From contig JAVBJQ010000002.1 of assembly GCA_031546905.1 (NCBI GenBank), forward strand, positions 20,705 through 84,704: a stretch of 64,000 bases of DNA, in the 5' to 3' direction. The position numbers and the translations under genes were made by a program. Below, in pieces: positions 18,249-28,731 of the stretch. Within the stretch, counting starts at the first letter, position 1; every line of letters starts with the position of its first letter. This stretch comes from Eubacteriales bacterium (lineage in GTDB: Bacteria > Bacillota > Clostridia > Lachnospirales > JAVBJQ01). Under the pieces are notes generated by a model, which saw nothing but the letters and a program-made list of their open reading frames with translations, did not search any database and was not told the DNA's origin.

Positions 18249-19727
18249 ATGAAAAATATAAATGATATTCTAAAAAGAGTGTTTTATGTTGTAACAACAA
18301 TAATAATAGCAATCATTTTTATAACGGCAATCAATGAATTAGTGATAAGCAATAAACTAAATTATAGTATGAGACAATTTCTGTTTGTTTTTTTAGTGGG
18401 AGCATTTTTAATAGTATCCCTATATGTTGCAAACAAAATAATTTTTTTGAAACGATTCTATTTTTTTATTGTAACAGGGGTTTTTGTTTTTTCTATTTTC
18501 ATAAAATATATTGTTTTTTTGTTATTTTTTAAAGATGTTTACCCCACATCAGATTATTTGTTTGCCTATCATGTAGGCGCAGGTGGCAGTTTTCAATTTC
18601 CTTATCATGCTATTTTTTATCATTGGATTGTGATTACCCAAATTTACAAATTTGTTTTCTATTTTTTTGGTGATTCTGTTAGAACAGCGATTATATTAAA
18701 CATGGTGGTTAGCACCATAGCAACAGGATTACTGTATTTGGTGGCCATGCTCTTATTTAAAAATATAAAAATGGCACTTACAACAGTTTTGATATTCATT
18801 AGTTGGCCTTCATATCAATTATATATGGGGGTTCTTGGAACAGATCAATTTATTGTCCTATGTTTGCTAAGTTCTTTCTTTTTCGTTTTTAAATGGATGG
18901 ATTTTTTAGAAGTTGGCAATGTGAGGAAATCTTTTTTATATTTAGCTTTGGCGGGGCTTTCTTTTGGGATAACAGATTTTTTTAAGCAATTTGGGATTAT
19001 ACTCCTATTGGCTGTTATAATGGCATCTACGCTCTATTTTTTAAAAGGTAAACAGAAAAAAATTTTTTTATTGGCAGGGTTAATAACCATGGCCTTGATA
19101 TACATAGGGACAAAAGCTATGATTTTCCCTTATCTTGATCAATTGGTTGGAATAAAAGTAGATCGAAACCCCTCCATTCATTATCTTGTGGTAGGGCTTG
19201 ATACGGAACATGATGGAAAATATAATTTAGAAACTACCAGAATTTATCCAAATAATGTGAAAAAATATAACTATAATTATAAAATGGCAAAAATAGAAAC
19301 GAAAAAATATTTAAAAAATAAATTGGAACTTGATTTTAAAAAGCTACCAACATTAATAGTTGAAAAAAATAAACTTACTTGGGGAGATGACATAGCAGGT
19401 GGTACATGGCTTATAGCAAGTTTAGGAAAAAAAAGCATACCATTAAAAAATTTAATTTATAAAATAAATAATATTTCTCAACTTTATTATATAGGCATAC
19501 TCTTTTTAATGCTAATAGGGAGCTTATGGAGTATTAAAAATTTTAACAATCCAAAATTATTTTTTGTGAATTTATTTTTTGTCGGTGTTTTTTTCATTTT
19601 TATCATTTCAGAAACCCAAGGCAGGTATAAAATACCGTTGTATCCCATTTTTTCTATAATGAGTTCTTACGGGTTATTTGGAGTTTTAGAAGTTGTTTTT
19701 CAGTCAAATAGTATTAAGAATAAATAA
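18249..19727 (+). CDS. Polytopic GT-C-type (family 39 / ArnT-PMT-like) glycosyltransferase
   Basis: 492 aa with more than 10 predicted TM segments and a soluble insert. The call rests on general architecture only. Confidence 0.6.
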   Translation: MKNINDILKRVFYVVTTIIIAIIFITAINELVISNKLNYSMRQFLFVFLVGAFLIVSLYVANKIIFLKRFYFFIVTGVFVFSIFIKYIVFLLFFKDVYPTSDYLFAYHVGAGGSFQFPYHAIFYHWIVITQIYKFVFYFFGDSVRTAIILNMVVSTIATGLLYLVAMLLFKNIKMALTTVLIFISWPSYQLYMGVLGTDQFIVLCLLSSFFFVFKWMDFLEVGNVRKSFLYLALAGLSFGITDFFKQFGIILLLAVIMASTLYFLKGKQKKIFLLAGLITMALIYIGTKAMIFPYLDQLVGIKVDRNPSIHYLVVGLDTEHDGKYNLETTRIYPNNVKKYNYNYKMAKIETKKYLKNKLELDFKKLPTLIVEKNKLTWGDDIAGGTWLIASLGKKSIPLKNLIYKINNISQLYYIGILFLMLIGSLWSIKNFNNPKLFFVNLFFVGVFFIFIISETQGRYKIPLYPIFSIMSSYGLFGVLEVVFQSNSIKNK

Positions 19728-19743
19728 ATGAGGAGTTATCAAC

Positions 19744-20661
19744 ATGGGTGATACAACTAGGTCATTGGATGGTAATAGAGCAGAAAATAAAATCAGTATG
19801 TATGCTATTATGAAATTGTGCCGTCCAAAACAATGGGTTAAAAATGGTTTTGTATTTTTTGCATTGGTATATTCCAAAGAACTGTTTCACTTTGATGCTC
19901 TTTTCAAGGTTTTCATTACATTTATATGCTTTTGTCTTATTTCTAGTAGTGTTTATATATTAAACGACGTAGTGGACTATGAAAAAGATTTATTACACGA
20001 AAAAAAGAAAAATAGGCCCATTGCTTCAGGTCGTGTTACAAGAATACAGGCATCTTATTTTATGATGGGGCTCATTGCTTTAGCTATGTTTATTATAACG
20101 TCCACTACAAAAAATATGGGTGTTCTGCTCATTCTTTTACTATATTTTCTTTTAACTATTCTGTATAGTTTTAGGTTAAAAAAAATAGAGATTATTGATG
20201 TCTTATGTATCGCAACAGGATTTATTTTAAGAATGGTTTCGGGGGCGGTAGCCATCAATGTCGTGGTTTCCCCGTGGATTTTAATATGTACTTTGTTTTT
20301 GTCATTATACTTGGGATATAACAAAAGGCGTAGTGAATTAGTATTAATAAAATCAGATGCCAGCAAACATAGAGAAGTACTGGCTCATTATTCTTTTGAA
20401 TTTATTTCTTATTTAATTGCAGTTACAAGTAGCGCTTGTATTTTATCATACTCCTTATATACGATTATTGGAACGGATTTTAAATATATGTATGTGACAA
20501 TTCCTTTTGCTTTTTATGCAATGAGCCGTTATGAGTATCTTGTTATTCAAAAAAAGGAAGGGGATAGTCCCGAAGATATTTTATTAAAAGACAAACCTTT
20601 TATTTACTGTATATTGTTATGGTTTTTTACTTCCACAGGAATTATATACTGGACTGGTTAG
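19744..20661 (+). CDS. UbiA-family prenyl-phosphate phosphoribosyltransferase (decaprenyl-phosphate 5-phosphoribosyltransferase-like)
   Basis: RPKQWVKNGFVF N-terminus and the NDVVDYEKD...KKKNRPIASG aspartate-rich UbiA motif. Eight or nine TM segments. Confidence 0.75.
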   Translation: MGDTTRSLDGNRAENKISMYAIMKLCRPKQWVKNGFVFFALVYSKELFHFDALFKVFITFICFCLISSSVYILNDVVDYEKDLLHEKKKNRPIASGRVTRIQASYFMMGLIALAMFIITSTTKNMGVLLILLLYFLLTILYSFRLKKIEIIDVLCIATGFILRMVSGAVAINVVVSPWILICTLFLSLYLGYNKRRSELVLIKSDASKHREVLAHYSFEFISYLIAVTSSACILSYSLYTIIGTDFKYMYVTIPFAFYAMSRYEYLVIQKKEGDSPEDILLKDKPFIYCILLWFFTSTGIIYWTG

Positions 20662-20704
20662 GGTAAATGATTATTTTGACCGTTATATGAAAATTTTAGG
20701 AACA

Positions 20705-20749
20705 AAAAAGCTTGCACTGTTGGTGAGTCACCAACAGTGCAAGCTTTTT
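20705..20749. terminator. Bidirectional terminator between the UbiA-family gene and dnaJ
   Basis: Near-perfect 22-nt palindromic arms AAAAAGCTTGCACTGTTGGTGA / TCACCAACAGTGCAAGCTTTTT. Confidence 0.88.
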
Positions 20750-20756
20750 CTATTTT

Positions 20757-21899
20757 CTATTTAAATGCGTCTTTCATTTTATTAAAAAAACCTTTTTTGT
20801 GTTCTGCTAAGTCATCGCCCATTTCATTGGCGAAAGATCTTAACAGTTCTTTTTGTCTATCGGTTAGCTCAGTAGGGACAACAATTTTAAAAGTTATATA
20901 TTGGTCACCACGTAAACGATTATTTTTTAAATTATAAACGCCTTTGCCTCTCAGTGTGGCAACAGTTCCAGTTTGTGTTCCTGCTTTTAGTGTAAACTTC
21001 TCCTCACCATCAAGGGTTGGGATTGTAATTTCATCACCAAGCGCCGCTTGAACAAAACTAATTGGAAACTCACAATAAACGTCATACCCTTTTCGAATAA
21101 AGAACTTATGAGGTTGAATGTTTATGGTAATCAGTAAATCTCCTTGTGGGCCACCTTTTTCTCCAGGTTCCCCTCTACCAGAAATTCTAATGGCTTGACC
21201 ATTATCAATTCCTTTTGGAATGTTTACTTCAAATTTAATATTTTTTCTAACTTTTCCTTTTCCGCTACAAGTAGTACATGGGTTTTTGATAATTTTACCT
21301 GTTCCATGACAACTACTACAAGTTCTAACACTTGTCATCATTCCTAGTAAAGTTTGTTGTGTCACACGTTCTTCACCTGTTCCACCACATTGCTTACAGC
21401 TTTCAGCAGTGGTTCCAGGTTTTGAACCTGTTCCGTGGCAAGTGTCACATTGCTCCGTTAAAGGCATTTGAACTTCTTTTGTCGTACCAAAAACAGCTTC
21501 TTCAAATGTGATTTGCATACTTGTACGAACATCAGCACCACGTTGAGGGCCTTGACGACGTCTTCCGCCGCCACCAAAAACATCTGAGAACATTCCGTCT
21601 CCAAAAATGCTACTAAAAATGTCGCCCATATCAAAGTCAGCACTGCCATACCCAGCACCACCGCCGCCACCTTCAAAAGCTTGATGTCCAAATTGGTCAT
21701 ACTTGGCTCTTTTTTGTGGGTCACTTAAAATTTCGTAGGCGTGACTGGCTTCTTTAAATTTTTGCTCTGCTTCTGCATTTCCCGGGTTAGCATCGGGATG
21801 ATATTTTTTGGCAAGTGACCGATAAGCTTTTTTCAGCTCATCATCACCTGCTCCTTTATTAACTCCAAGTACTTCGTAAAAATCTTTATTGTCTGCCAC
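20757..21899 (-). CDS. dnaJ: Molecular chaperone DnaJ
   Basis: J domain (HPD), G/F region and four CxxCxGxG zinc motifs. Start moved to GTG 21899 ([13 protein letters not shown]), which has AGGTGA 5 nt upstream. Confidence 0.97.
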   Translation of the reverse strand: MADNKDFYEVLGVNKGAGDDELKKAYRSLAKKYHPDANPGNAEAEQKFKEASHAYEILSDPQKRAKYDQFGHQAFEGGGGGAGYGSADFDMGDIFSSIFGDGMFSDVFGGGGRRRQGPQRGADVRTSMQITFEEAVFGTTKEVQMPLTEQCDTCHGTGSKPGTTAESCKQCGGTGEERVTQQTLLGMMTSVRTCSSCHGTGKIIKNPCTTCSGKGKVRKNIKFEVNIPKGIDNGQAIRISGRGEPGEKGGPQGDLLITINIQPHKFFIRKGYDVYCEFPISFVQAALGDEITIPTLDGEEKFTLKAGTQTGTVATLRGKGVYNLKNNRLRGDQYITFKIVVPTELTDRQKELLRSFANEMGDDLAEHKKGFFNKMKDAFK

Positions 21900-21921
21900 T
21901 TCATTCACCTACTAAAATATA

Positions 21922-23754
21922 TTATACTTCTTTGTAGTCACCATCAACTACATCGTCAGCGCCACCGTTTCCTTGTTGTGGAGCTTCTCCACCTTGTTGT
22001 TGATATAGTTTAGAAGAAATTTCATGTAATACGGTTTGGAAGTGTTCTGTAGCTGTTTTAAGTGTTGCAATGTCACTGTCGGACATCGTATCAATGTTTT
22101 TGTTTTCAACAAGAGATTTCAAATTGCTAACTTCGCTTTCTAATTTTGCTTTATCACTAGCATCAATTTTATCTTCTAAATCCTTTATTAATTTTTCGGT
22201 TTGGAAAATTAATGAATCAGCATCATTTTTTGCATCAATTGCTTCCTTACGTTTTTGGTCTTGTTCTGCATATTGTTCTGCTTCTTTAACTGCTCTTTCA
22301 ATATCTGCATCACTTAAATTTGTGCTAGAAGAAATGGTGATTTTTTGTTCTTTGCCAGTTCCTAAATCTTTTGCAGAAACATTTACAATACCATTAGCGT
22401 CAATGTCAAATGTAACCTCAATTTGTGGGATTCCTCTTGGAGCAGGAGCAATTCCATCTAATCTAAATTGTCCTAATGTTTTATTATCTCTCGCAAGTGG
22501 TCTTTCCCCTTGAACGATATTAATATCAACTGCTGTTTGATTATTTTCAGCTGTTGAGAATACTTGCTTTTTATTTGTAGGAATAGTGGTATTTCTTTCA
22601 ATTAATTTTGTAGCAACTCCGCCTAAAGTTTCAATTCCTAAAGAAAGGGGAGTAACGTCAAGTAAAAGAATACTACCAGCACCAGCATCACCGCTAAGTT
22701 TTCCACCTTGAATAGAAGCACCAACTGCCACACATTCGTCTGGATTAATGCCTCTAAATGGTTCTTTTCCTGTAAGTTTTTTAACAGCATCTTGAACAGA
22801 TAACATTCTGGTAGAGCCACCAACTAATAAAACTTTGTCAAGTTCAGAAGCACTTAAGCCAGAATCAGATAAAGCAGTTTTCACTGGTCCCATTGTCATA
22901 TCAACTAAGTCAGCAGTTAATTCATCAAATTTTGATCTTGATAAGTTAATATCCAAATGTTTAGGTCCATCTTGATTCATGGTAATAAAAGGAAGGTTGA
23001 TATTTGTTGTTGTAACAGTTGAAAGTTCTTTTTTCGCCTTTTCAGCTGCTTCTTTTAAACGTTGTGCTGCCATTTTATCTTGGCTTAAGTCAATGCCGTC
23101 TGTTTTCTTGAATTCAGCAATTAAAAATTTGATAACTCTGTCGTCAAAATCGTCACCACCTAAATGGTTGTTACCGCTTGTTGCAAGAACTTCGATTACA
23201 CCATCACCAATGTCAATAATCGATACGTCGAATGTACCGCCACCTAAGTCATAAACCATAATTTTTTGTTCTTTTTCATTATCAAGACCATAAGCAAGTG
23301 CAGCTGCTGTTGGTTCATTGATAATACGTTTTACATCAAGTCCAGCAATTTTACCAGCATCTTTGGTTGCTTGTCTTTGGCTGTCTGTGAAGTAAGCAGG
23401 AACAGTGATAACAGCTTCTGTAACAGCTTCTCCTAAGTAACTTTCAGCATCTTTTTTTAGTTTTTGAAGAATCATAGCAGAAATTTCTTGTGGAGAATAA
23501 GCTTTATCATCCACTCTTACTTTATAATCAGAACCCATTTCTCTTTTAATAGAACTAATCGTTCTGTCAGGATTTGTAATCGCTTGACGTTTTGCAGTTT
23601 CACCAACTAATCTTTCGCCTGCTTTTGTAAAGCCTAAAATAGAAGGGGTTGTTCTCATTCCTTCGCTGTTTGCAATAACAACTGGCTGTCCGCCTTCCAT
23701 TACTGCTACGCATGAATTTGTTGTTCCTAAGTCAATACCAATAATTTTACTCAT
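21922..23754 (-). CDS. dnaK: Molecular chaperone DnaK (Hsp70)
   Basis: [18 protein letters not shown] and the full Hsp70 architecture. Confidence 0.99.
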   Translation of the reverse strand: MSKIIGIDLGTTNSCVAVMEGGQPVVIANSEGMRTTPSILGFTKAGERLVGETAKRQAITNPDRTISSIKREMGSDYKVRVDDKAYSPQEISAMILQKLKKDAESYLGEAVTEAVITVPAYFTDSQRQATKDAGKIAGLDVKRIINEPTAAALAYGLDNEKEQKIMVYDLGGGTFDVSIIDIGDGVIEVLATSGNNHLGGDDFDDRVIKFLIAEFKKTDGIDLSQDKMAAQRLKEAAEKAKKELSTVTTTNINLPFITMNQDGPKHLDINLSRSKFDELTADLVDMTMGPVKTALSDSGLSASELDKVLLVGGSTRMLSVQDAVKKLTGKEPFRGINPDECVAVGASIQGGKLSGDAGAGSILLLDVTPLSLGIETLGGVATKLIERNTTIPTNKKQVFSTAENNQTAVDINIVQGERPLARDNKTLGQFRLDGIAPAPRGIPQIEVTFDIDANGIVNVSAKDLGTGKEQKITISSSTNLSDADIERAVKEAEQYAEQDQKRKEAIDAKNDADSLIFQTEKLIKDLEDKIDASDKAKLESEVSNLKSLVENKNIDTMSDSDIATLKTATEHFQTVLHEISSKLYQQQGGEAPQQGNGGADDVVDGDYKEV

Positions 23755-23789
23755 ATATATTCCTCCTAAATGTCTATTGAAATAAATAA

Positions 23790-24308
23790 TTAATTTGCCA
23801 CTCTTACCATACTACAACGAATTACTTTTTCCTTATAAGTATAGCCTTTTTGCATAATGTCAACTACAGTATTTTCACCTACGCTGTCATCTTCTACGTG
23901 GGCAACTGCAAAATGAATATTTGTGTCAAAGGGCTCACCAACCGCCGCAATTTCTTTTACGCCTAAGTCAGCTAGTATTTCATTAAATTGTTTGAAAATC
24001 ATTTCAAAACCAACATAAAAACTATTGTTTTTATCTTCTATTGAAGAAATTGCTCTCTCGAAGTTGTCAATAACAGGAAGTAATTTTTCAATGGTGTCTC
24101 TTGCACCATCGTCATACATACTTGCCTTTTCTTTTTGAGTGCGCTTTCTGAAGTTATCAAATTCTGCAAGGGTTCTTTGTAGCTTATCCACATATTCTTC
24201 AATTTGTGATTGTTTTTCATTTAATTGGTTTTCAAAATCGTTTTCTACAACAATTTCTACGTCATCAATCATTTCTGTTTTTACTTCATCATGATTTTTT
24301 TTGCTCAA
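23790..24308 (-). CDS. grpE: Nucleotide exchange factor GrpE
   Basis: [12 protein letters not shown] motif and its position between hrcA and dnaK. TTG start after AGGAAGGAG. Confidence 0.94.
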   Translation of the reverse strand: MSKKNHDEVKTEMIDDVEIVVENDFENQLNEKQSQIEEYVDKLQRTLAEFDNFRKRTQKEKASMYDDGARDTIEKLLPVIDNFERAISSIEDKNNSFYVGFEMIFKQFNEILADLGVKEIAAVGEPFDTNIHFAVAHVEDDSVGENTVVDIMQKGYTYKEKVIRCSMVRVAN

Positions 24309-24365
24309 TTGAAAATCTCCTTCCTAATAGGTATTTATTTTAATTCAAATTCAAGTGTTTACTAT

Positions 24366-25409
24366 TTAACTTGAATTTTCACTTGATAATGCTTTTAAAA
24401 CCACATCAATATTTTTAACAAGCCCACGGAGCACAGAAACAACTTGGGAGTAATCCATTCTTGTAGGGCCGATAATTCCAATGCTTCCATATATTTGGTT
24501 GCCAAGTTTATAATTTGTTTTGATTAGGCTACAATCTTTCATTTGCTCCATGCTGTTTTCATTGCCAATGATAATTTGGACGTCCTCATTGCTACTATTT
24601 CCTAAAAGCGTGATAAGAAGTTCTTTTTCTTCAAGTGTTTGGAAAATTCCTTTTGCCTTCTCAACATCACTAAATTCTGGAAATCCTAAAATGTTTTTTG
24701 TTCCACTTAAAAAAACTTGTACATTATCAATGGACTGTATAATTTCAACTACGGAGGTAAGCACTTCACTTAAAAGCTCACTATGTTCGCTAAACTCACG
24801 TTTTAATTTTGTAACGGTAGCGATGTCAATTTCTTCTAGTGAATGTCCTTGAAAATAAGTGTTTAAGATATTAGACAATTTATTTAAAACATCAATGCTA
24901 GGTGTTTCTTTTACCTGTAAATTATGGTTTCTTACAATTTTACCGTCTGTAACTAACACCAAAACGATACTGGTTTCATCCAGCGGAATTAGTTGTAAAT
25001 GCTTTAAAATTGTCTTTTGAGATTGCGGTTCGCTAACAATTGTTGTGTAGTGAGTTAACATGGAAATTGCTTTTGCTGTTTCTTGTATTAAATAATCAAT
25101 TTGATTGATATTGTTTGAAATCATATTATGAAGAAAAAGCATTTGCTCCTCAGCTAAATCTTTTTGACGCATAAATTTATCTACATATAATCTATAACCC
25201 TTATCAGAAGGAACTCGCCCTGATGAGGCGTGTGGCTGAACAATCAAGCCCATCTCTTCTAAATCAGACATTTCATTTCTGATTGTGGCAGAGCTAATCC
25301 CAAGGTCGTACTTTTTAGCAATGGTACGTGACCCAATTGGTTCTGCTGTTGAGATATAATCGCTAATGATTGCTTCTAAGATTTTAATTTTTCTTTCATT
25401 TAAAATCAT
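24366..25409 (-). CDS. hrcA: Heat-inducible transcription repressor HrcA
   Basis: N-terminal winged-helix motif (EPIGSRTIAKKY..SSATIRNEM), first gene of the dnaK operon, CIRCE element upstream. Confidence 0.95.
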   Translation of the reverse strand: MILNERKIKILEAIISDYISTAEPIGSRTIAKKYDLGISSATIRNEMSDLEEMGLIVQPHASSGRVPSDKGYRLYVDKFMRQKDLAEEQMLFLHNMISNNINQIDYLIQETAKAISMLTHYTTIVSEPQSQKTILKHLQLIPLDETSIVLVLVTDGKIVRNHNLQVKETPSIDVLNKLSNILNTYFQGHSLEEIDIATVTKLKREFSEHSELLSEVLTSVVEIIQSIDNVQVFLSGTKNILGFPEFSDVEKAKGIFQTLEEKELLITLLGNSSNEDVQIIIGNENSMEQMKDCSLIKTNYKLGNQIYGSIGIIGPTRMDYSQVVSVLRGLVKNIDVVLKALSSENSS

Positions 25410-25448
25410 GATAGCACTTCCTTAAAGTAATAAAGTGTAATAGTTTTG

Positions 25449-25475
25449 TTAGCACTCTAATTTGTCGAGTGCTAA
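25449..25475 (-). promoter_or_regulatory. CIRCE operator (HrcA binding site) of the hrcA-grpE-dnaK-dnaJ operon
   Basis: TTAGCACTC-N9-GAGTGCTAA is a perfect match to the consensus. It lies downstream of a TTGACA-17-TATTTT promoter. Confidence 0.92.
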
Positions 25476-25484
25476 TATGATTTA

Positions 25485-25513
25485 AAAATATCACTTGTTA
25501 TGCTTTCTGTCAA
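25485..25513 (-). promoter_or_regulatory. SigmaA-type promoter of the hrcA operon
   Basis: On the minus strand: TTGACA (25513..25508), 17-nt spacer, TATTTT preceded by TGa. Confidence 0.5.
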
Positions 25514-25541
25514 GTATTTTATGATTTTTTCATAAAAAAAC

Positions 25542-25569
25542 TTGTAATTTATTTGAAAGATGATATAAT
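25542..25569 (+). promoter_or_regulatory. Putative sigmaA promoter of rpsF-ssb-rpsR
   Basis: TTGTAA, 16-nt spacer, TGaTATAAT. Leaves a leader of ~117 nt. Confidence 0.5.
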
Positions 25570-25692
25570 AACACATTGTATAAGAATTTCTTGTACATAA
25601 AAATTAGTTTTCATATTGTATGATTACTAATTTTAAGAAAAAAATCCTTGCTCTTCATATGTAAGGGCCAAAGACCAGAAGGAGGTGTAGTT

Positions 25693-25977
25693 ATGAACAA
25701 GTACGAATTATCAATTATATTGAAACCTAATTTAGATGAAGAAACTAAAAAGGCTGAGTATGAAAAAATCCAAGAACTTATAACAAAGTTTGGTGGCACA
25801 ATTGAAAAGACTGATGACTGGGGTAAACGTAGATTAGCCTATGAAATCAAAAAGTTCAATGAAGGTTTTTATACTTTCTATACGTTAGAAGCTGAAAGTA
25901 CTCTTCCAGCTGAAATGGAACAACGTCTTCGTATCGCTGAAAATGTTTTACGTTATCTTGTTATTCGTTTAAACTAA
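25693..25977 (+). CDS. rpsF: 30S ribosomal protein S6
   Basis: MNKYELSIILKPNLDEE... is typical of S6. GGAGG at 25681. Start moved from the track's upstream in-frame codon. Confidence 0.95.
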   Translation: MNKYELSIILKPNLDEETKKAEYEKIQELITKFGGTIEKTDDWGKRRLAYEIKKFNEGFYTFYTLEAESTLPAEMEQRLRIAENVLRYLVIRLN

Positions 25978-25988
25978 GGAGTGAGTGT

Positions 25989-26444
25989 ATGAATAAAGTT
26001 ATTTTAATGGGAAGGCTGACAAAGGACCCTGAAGTTAGGTACTCTAAAGGCGAGCCACCTGTTGCGGTTTCTCGATTTTCACTTGCTGTTGATAGACGAT
26101 TTAAACGTGATAATGAGCCTTCAGCTGATTTTATACCCTGTACCGCTTTTGGTAAAACGGGTGAGTTCGTTGAAAAATATTTCAAAAAAGGTCAAATGGT
26201 TAGTGTCGTTGGAAAATTGCAAATCAGTTCATGGGAAGACCAAAACAATCAAAAGCGTTGGTCTACTGATGTAGTTGTTGAGGAAGTTTTTTTTGCTGAA
26301 AGCAAAAGTTCTTTTGAAAATCATAAAGGTTCTCAACCTCAATATGCTGGAAATGATGCGCCAAAGTCCCAAAGTGACGATAGTAACGTTGCATTTTATC
26401 CAATAGACCAAGCTGTGGAAGATGATGACGATTTGCCTTTCTAA
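25989..26444 (+). CDS. ssb: Single-stranded DNA-binding protein
   Basis: OB-fold N-terminus MNKVILMGRLTKDPE and the acidic tail DDDDLPF. Confidence 0.96.
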   Translation: MNKVILMGRLTKDPEVRYSKGEPPVAVSRFSLAVDRRFKRDNEPSADFIPCTAFGKTGEFVEKYFKKGQMVSVVGKLQISSWEDQNNQKRWSTDVVVEEVFFAESKSSFENHKGSQPQYAGNDAPKSQSDDSNVAFYPIDQAVEDDDDLPF

Positions 26445-26468
26445 TTTTAGTTAAAGGAGGTTTTAATT

Positions 26469-26699
26469 ATGATTCAAAAAAAACGTGGTCGCAGAAAAAA
26501 ACGTGTTTGTAGTTTCTGTGCTGATAAAATAAATCACATTGAGTATAAAGATGTCAATAAATTAAGAAAATATGTTTCTGAAAGAGGAAAAATTCTTCCT
26601 AGAAGAATCACTAGCAATTGTGCAAAACATCAAAGAGCTTTAACAATTGCTATTAAAAGGTCAAGACATGTTGCATTAATGGCTTTTACGCAAGAATAG
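26469..26699 (+). CDS. rpsR: 30S ribosomal protein S18
   Basis: CSFC...[33 protein letters not shown] matches the S18 signature. Confidence 0.96.
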   Translation: MIQKKRGRRKKRVCSFCADKINHIEYKDVNKLRKYVSERGKILPRRITSNCAKHQRALTIAIKRSRHVALMAFTQE

Positions 26700-26705
26700 A
26701 ACATA

Positions 26706-26747
26706 TAAAAAAATTCTCTTCATGATTACATGAAGAGAATTTTTTTA
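26706..26747. terminator. Bidirectional terminator after rpsR
   Basis: AAAAAATTCTCTTCATG-ATTA-CATGAAGAGAATTTTTT. Confidence 0.88.
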
Positions 26748-26752
26748 TTTTA

Positions 26753-27175
26753 TTACTTTTTTACTAAAGAAAATCCGATAATTTGGTCTGTAAATAAAAT
26801 GAGTTGGTCTAACTTGATTATTTCATCACGAGTCCCATTTTTATAAACCGTTGCATTGATAACATTAATCATGTAAGCATCTGAATAATTTTGGTGTGCT
26901 GGATTTTCTTGTACAAATTGTTTTTCCATACTACTAAAAAGGGAAGATATATCCAGTGAAAAATTATCAGGATCATCCGTATACTTAAGCATTTCATTTT
27001 CTGGGGAGCAAGGTGCTAGATCCCCAACTACGGTGCCTGACGACGTATAGAGCATTACGCGGTAGTAAGCGTTATTTTCCATTTTAAGTTTTTCAATGAG
27101 TTTAATTAAATGTTTAAACACAATATCCTTCATAGAAGAGGGTAAATTGGGGTTTGCATTTGGTATTCCGTTCAT
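26753..27175 (-). CDS. Hypothetical protein (140 aa)
   Basis: ORF with a strong AAGGAGG SD 6 nt before ATG 27175, so the start is moved inward from the track. No family recognised. Confidence 0.5.
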   Translation of the reverse strand: MNGIPNANPNLPSSMKDIVFKHLIKLIEKLKMENNAYYRVMLYTSSGTVVGDLAPCSPENEMLKYTDDPDNFSLDISSLFSSMEKQFVQENPAHQNYSDAYMINVINATVYKNGTRDEIIKLDQLILFTDQIIGFSLVKK

Positions 27176-27342
27176 AGAGAGCCTCCTTATTTTACTAACT
27201 CGGTTATAAGACATAAAAATTCAAACGAGATAGTGATGCTTTATGTCTACTTTATACTAAAATGTGGTATTTTTCAAGAACCAAGCAAAAATTATTTATA
27301 AAAAATATAGAAAAATTTCAAAAAATAATTTATAATAACAAC

Positions 27343-27356
27343 AGAACATATGTTTG
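27343..27356 (+). promoter_or_regulatory. LexA (Cheo/SOS) box upstream of the radical SAM DNA-repair pair
   Basis: AGAACATATGTTTG against the Gram-positive consensus CGAAC-N4-GTTCG. The core is GAAC-ATAT-GTTT, one mismatch. It starts 7 nt downstream of a TATAAT at 27331-27336. Confidence 0.7.
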
Positions 27357-27383
27357 AGTATAAATTAAAAAGAAGGTTTTTAT

Positions 27384-28655
27384 ATGGAACTTGCAGATAA
27401 ACTAAGAATTTTAGCGGATTCAGCTAAGTATGATGTTGCTTGTACATCAAGTGGGATAGATCGAAAAGGGGAAAAGGGTAAAATCGGCAGTGCTGCATCT
27501 GCTGGCATTTGCCACAGTTTTTCAGCAGATGGTCGGTGTATTTCTCTTTTAAAAGTGTTGCTGACCAATGTTTGTATTTATGATTGTAAATATTGCAACA
27601 ATCGAAAGTCCAATGACATTGAACGTGCTATTTTTTCTCCTGACGAATTAGCTGAACTAATGATTAATTTTTATAAAAGAAATTATATTGAAGGCTTGTT
27701 TTTAAGTTCTGCTATTGTAAAAAATCCTGACTATACCATGGAGCTTTTATACAAAACACTTTTTATCATCAGAACAAAATATAATTTTAATGGATATATA
27801 CACGTAAAAGCAATTCCAGGTGCAGATGACTATTTAATTTTAAAAACAGGACAGCTTGCAGATCGAATGAGTGTAAATATCGAGCTTCCATCGGAAAGTA
27901 GCTTAATGAAATTAGCACCAGATAAAACAAAACACAATATTTTGGAGCCCATGAAGCTGATTAAAAATCAAATTACAGAAACAAAAAATGAAATCATGCT
28001 ATACAAACACGCCACTAATTTTGTTCCAGCAGGTCAAAGTACACAGCTAATTGTTGGTGCAACTCCGGAAAGTGATAAAAAAATCATTACGCTTTCTGAA
28101 AATCTATATAGTAAGTATAAATTAAAAAGAGTGTTCTATTCAGCTTATATACCTGTGTCAAAAGATCCTTTACTTCCTAAAGTAAAAAATCCTCCTCTGC
28201 TACGTGAGCATAGATTATATCAGGCTGATTGGCTTTTGCGATATTATGATTTTAAGGCAGAAGATTTATTAAAAGGAGAAAATGACAATTTCGATCTTGC
28301 CATGGACCCAAAATGTCAGTGGGCAGTTAATAACTATCATTTATTTCCTGTGGAAGTTTTAAAAGCGGATTATACTGTGTTGTTAAAAGTGCCTGGAATT
28401 GGGGTTCAGTCTGCGAGAAAAATAGTAAAAGCTAGAAGAACAAGTTTATTAGATTTTGATGGGCTTAAAAAATTAGGAATATCCTTAAAAAGGGCAAAAT
28501 ATTTTATTACCTGTAATGGTAAAATTCATAGTAAGTATATATCCAATGAAGCTTTTTTGTATAATGCTTTGGTAGATAAAAGTAAATTGCAACCGTCATT
28601 TGAGCAATTAAGCCTTTTTGAAACGAACAATCTTTTGTTGGAGCAATTTCGTTAG
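27384..28655 (+). CDS. Putative DNA modification/repair radical SAM protein with a C-terminal helix-hairpin-helix
   Basis: CIYDCKYC radical-SAM cluster motif and the C-terminal LKVPGIGVQSARKIV HhH. As I recall it, this matches the family usually paired with a DUF4130/UDG-like gene. Confidence 0.8.
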   Translation: MELADKLRILADSAKYDVACTSSGIDRKGEKGKIGSAASAGICHSFSADGRCISLLKVLLTNVCIYDCKYCNNRKSNDIERAIFSPDELAELMINFYKRNYIEGLFLSSAIVKNPDYTMELLYKTLFIIRTKYNFNGYIHVKAIPGADDYLILKTGQLADRMSVNIELPSESSLMKLAPDKTKHNILEPMKLIKNQITETKNEIMLYKHATNFVPAGQSTQLIVGATPESDKKIITLSENLYSKYKLKRVFYSAYIPVSKDPLLPKVKNPPLLREHRLYQADWLLRYYDFKAEDLLKGENDNFDLAMDPKCQWAVNNYHLFPVEVLKADYTVLLKVPGIGVQSARKIVKARRTSLLDFDGLKKLGISLKRAKYFITCNGKIHSKYISNEAFLYNALVDKSKLQPSFEQLSLFETNNLLLEQFR

Positions 28656-28731
28656 GGCGTGGAGTGAATTTTCAAACACGCTAGTGTACCTCTAACAGTT
28701 GTATCATCTACTTAAAGGAGAGTTAGGTTAA

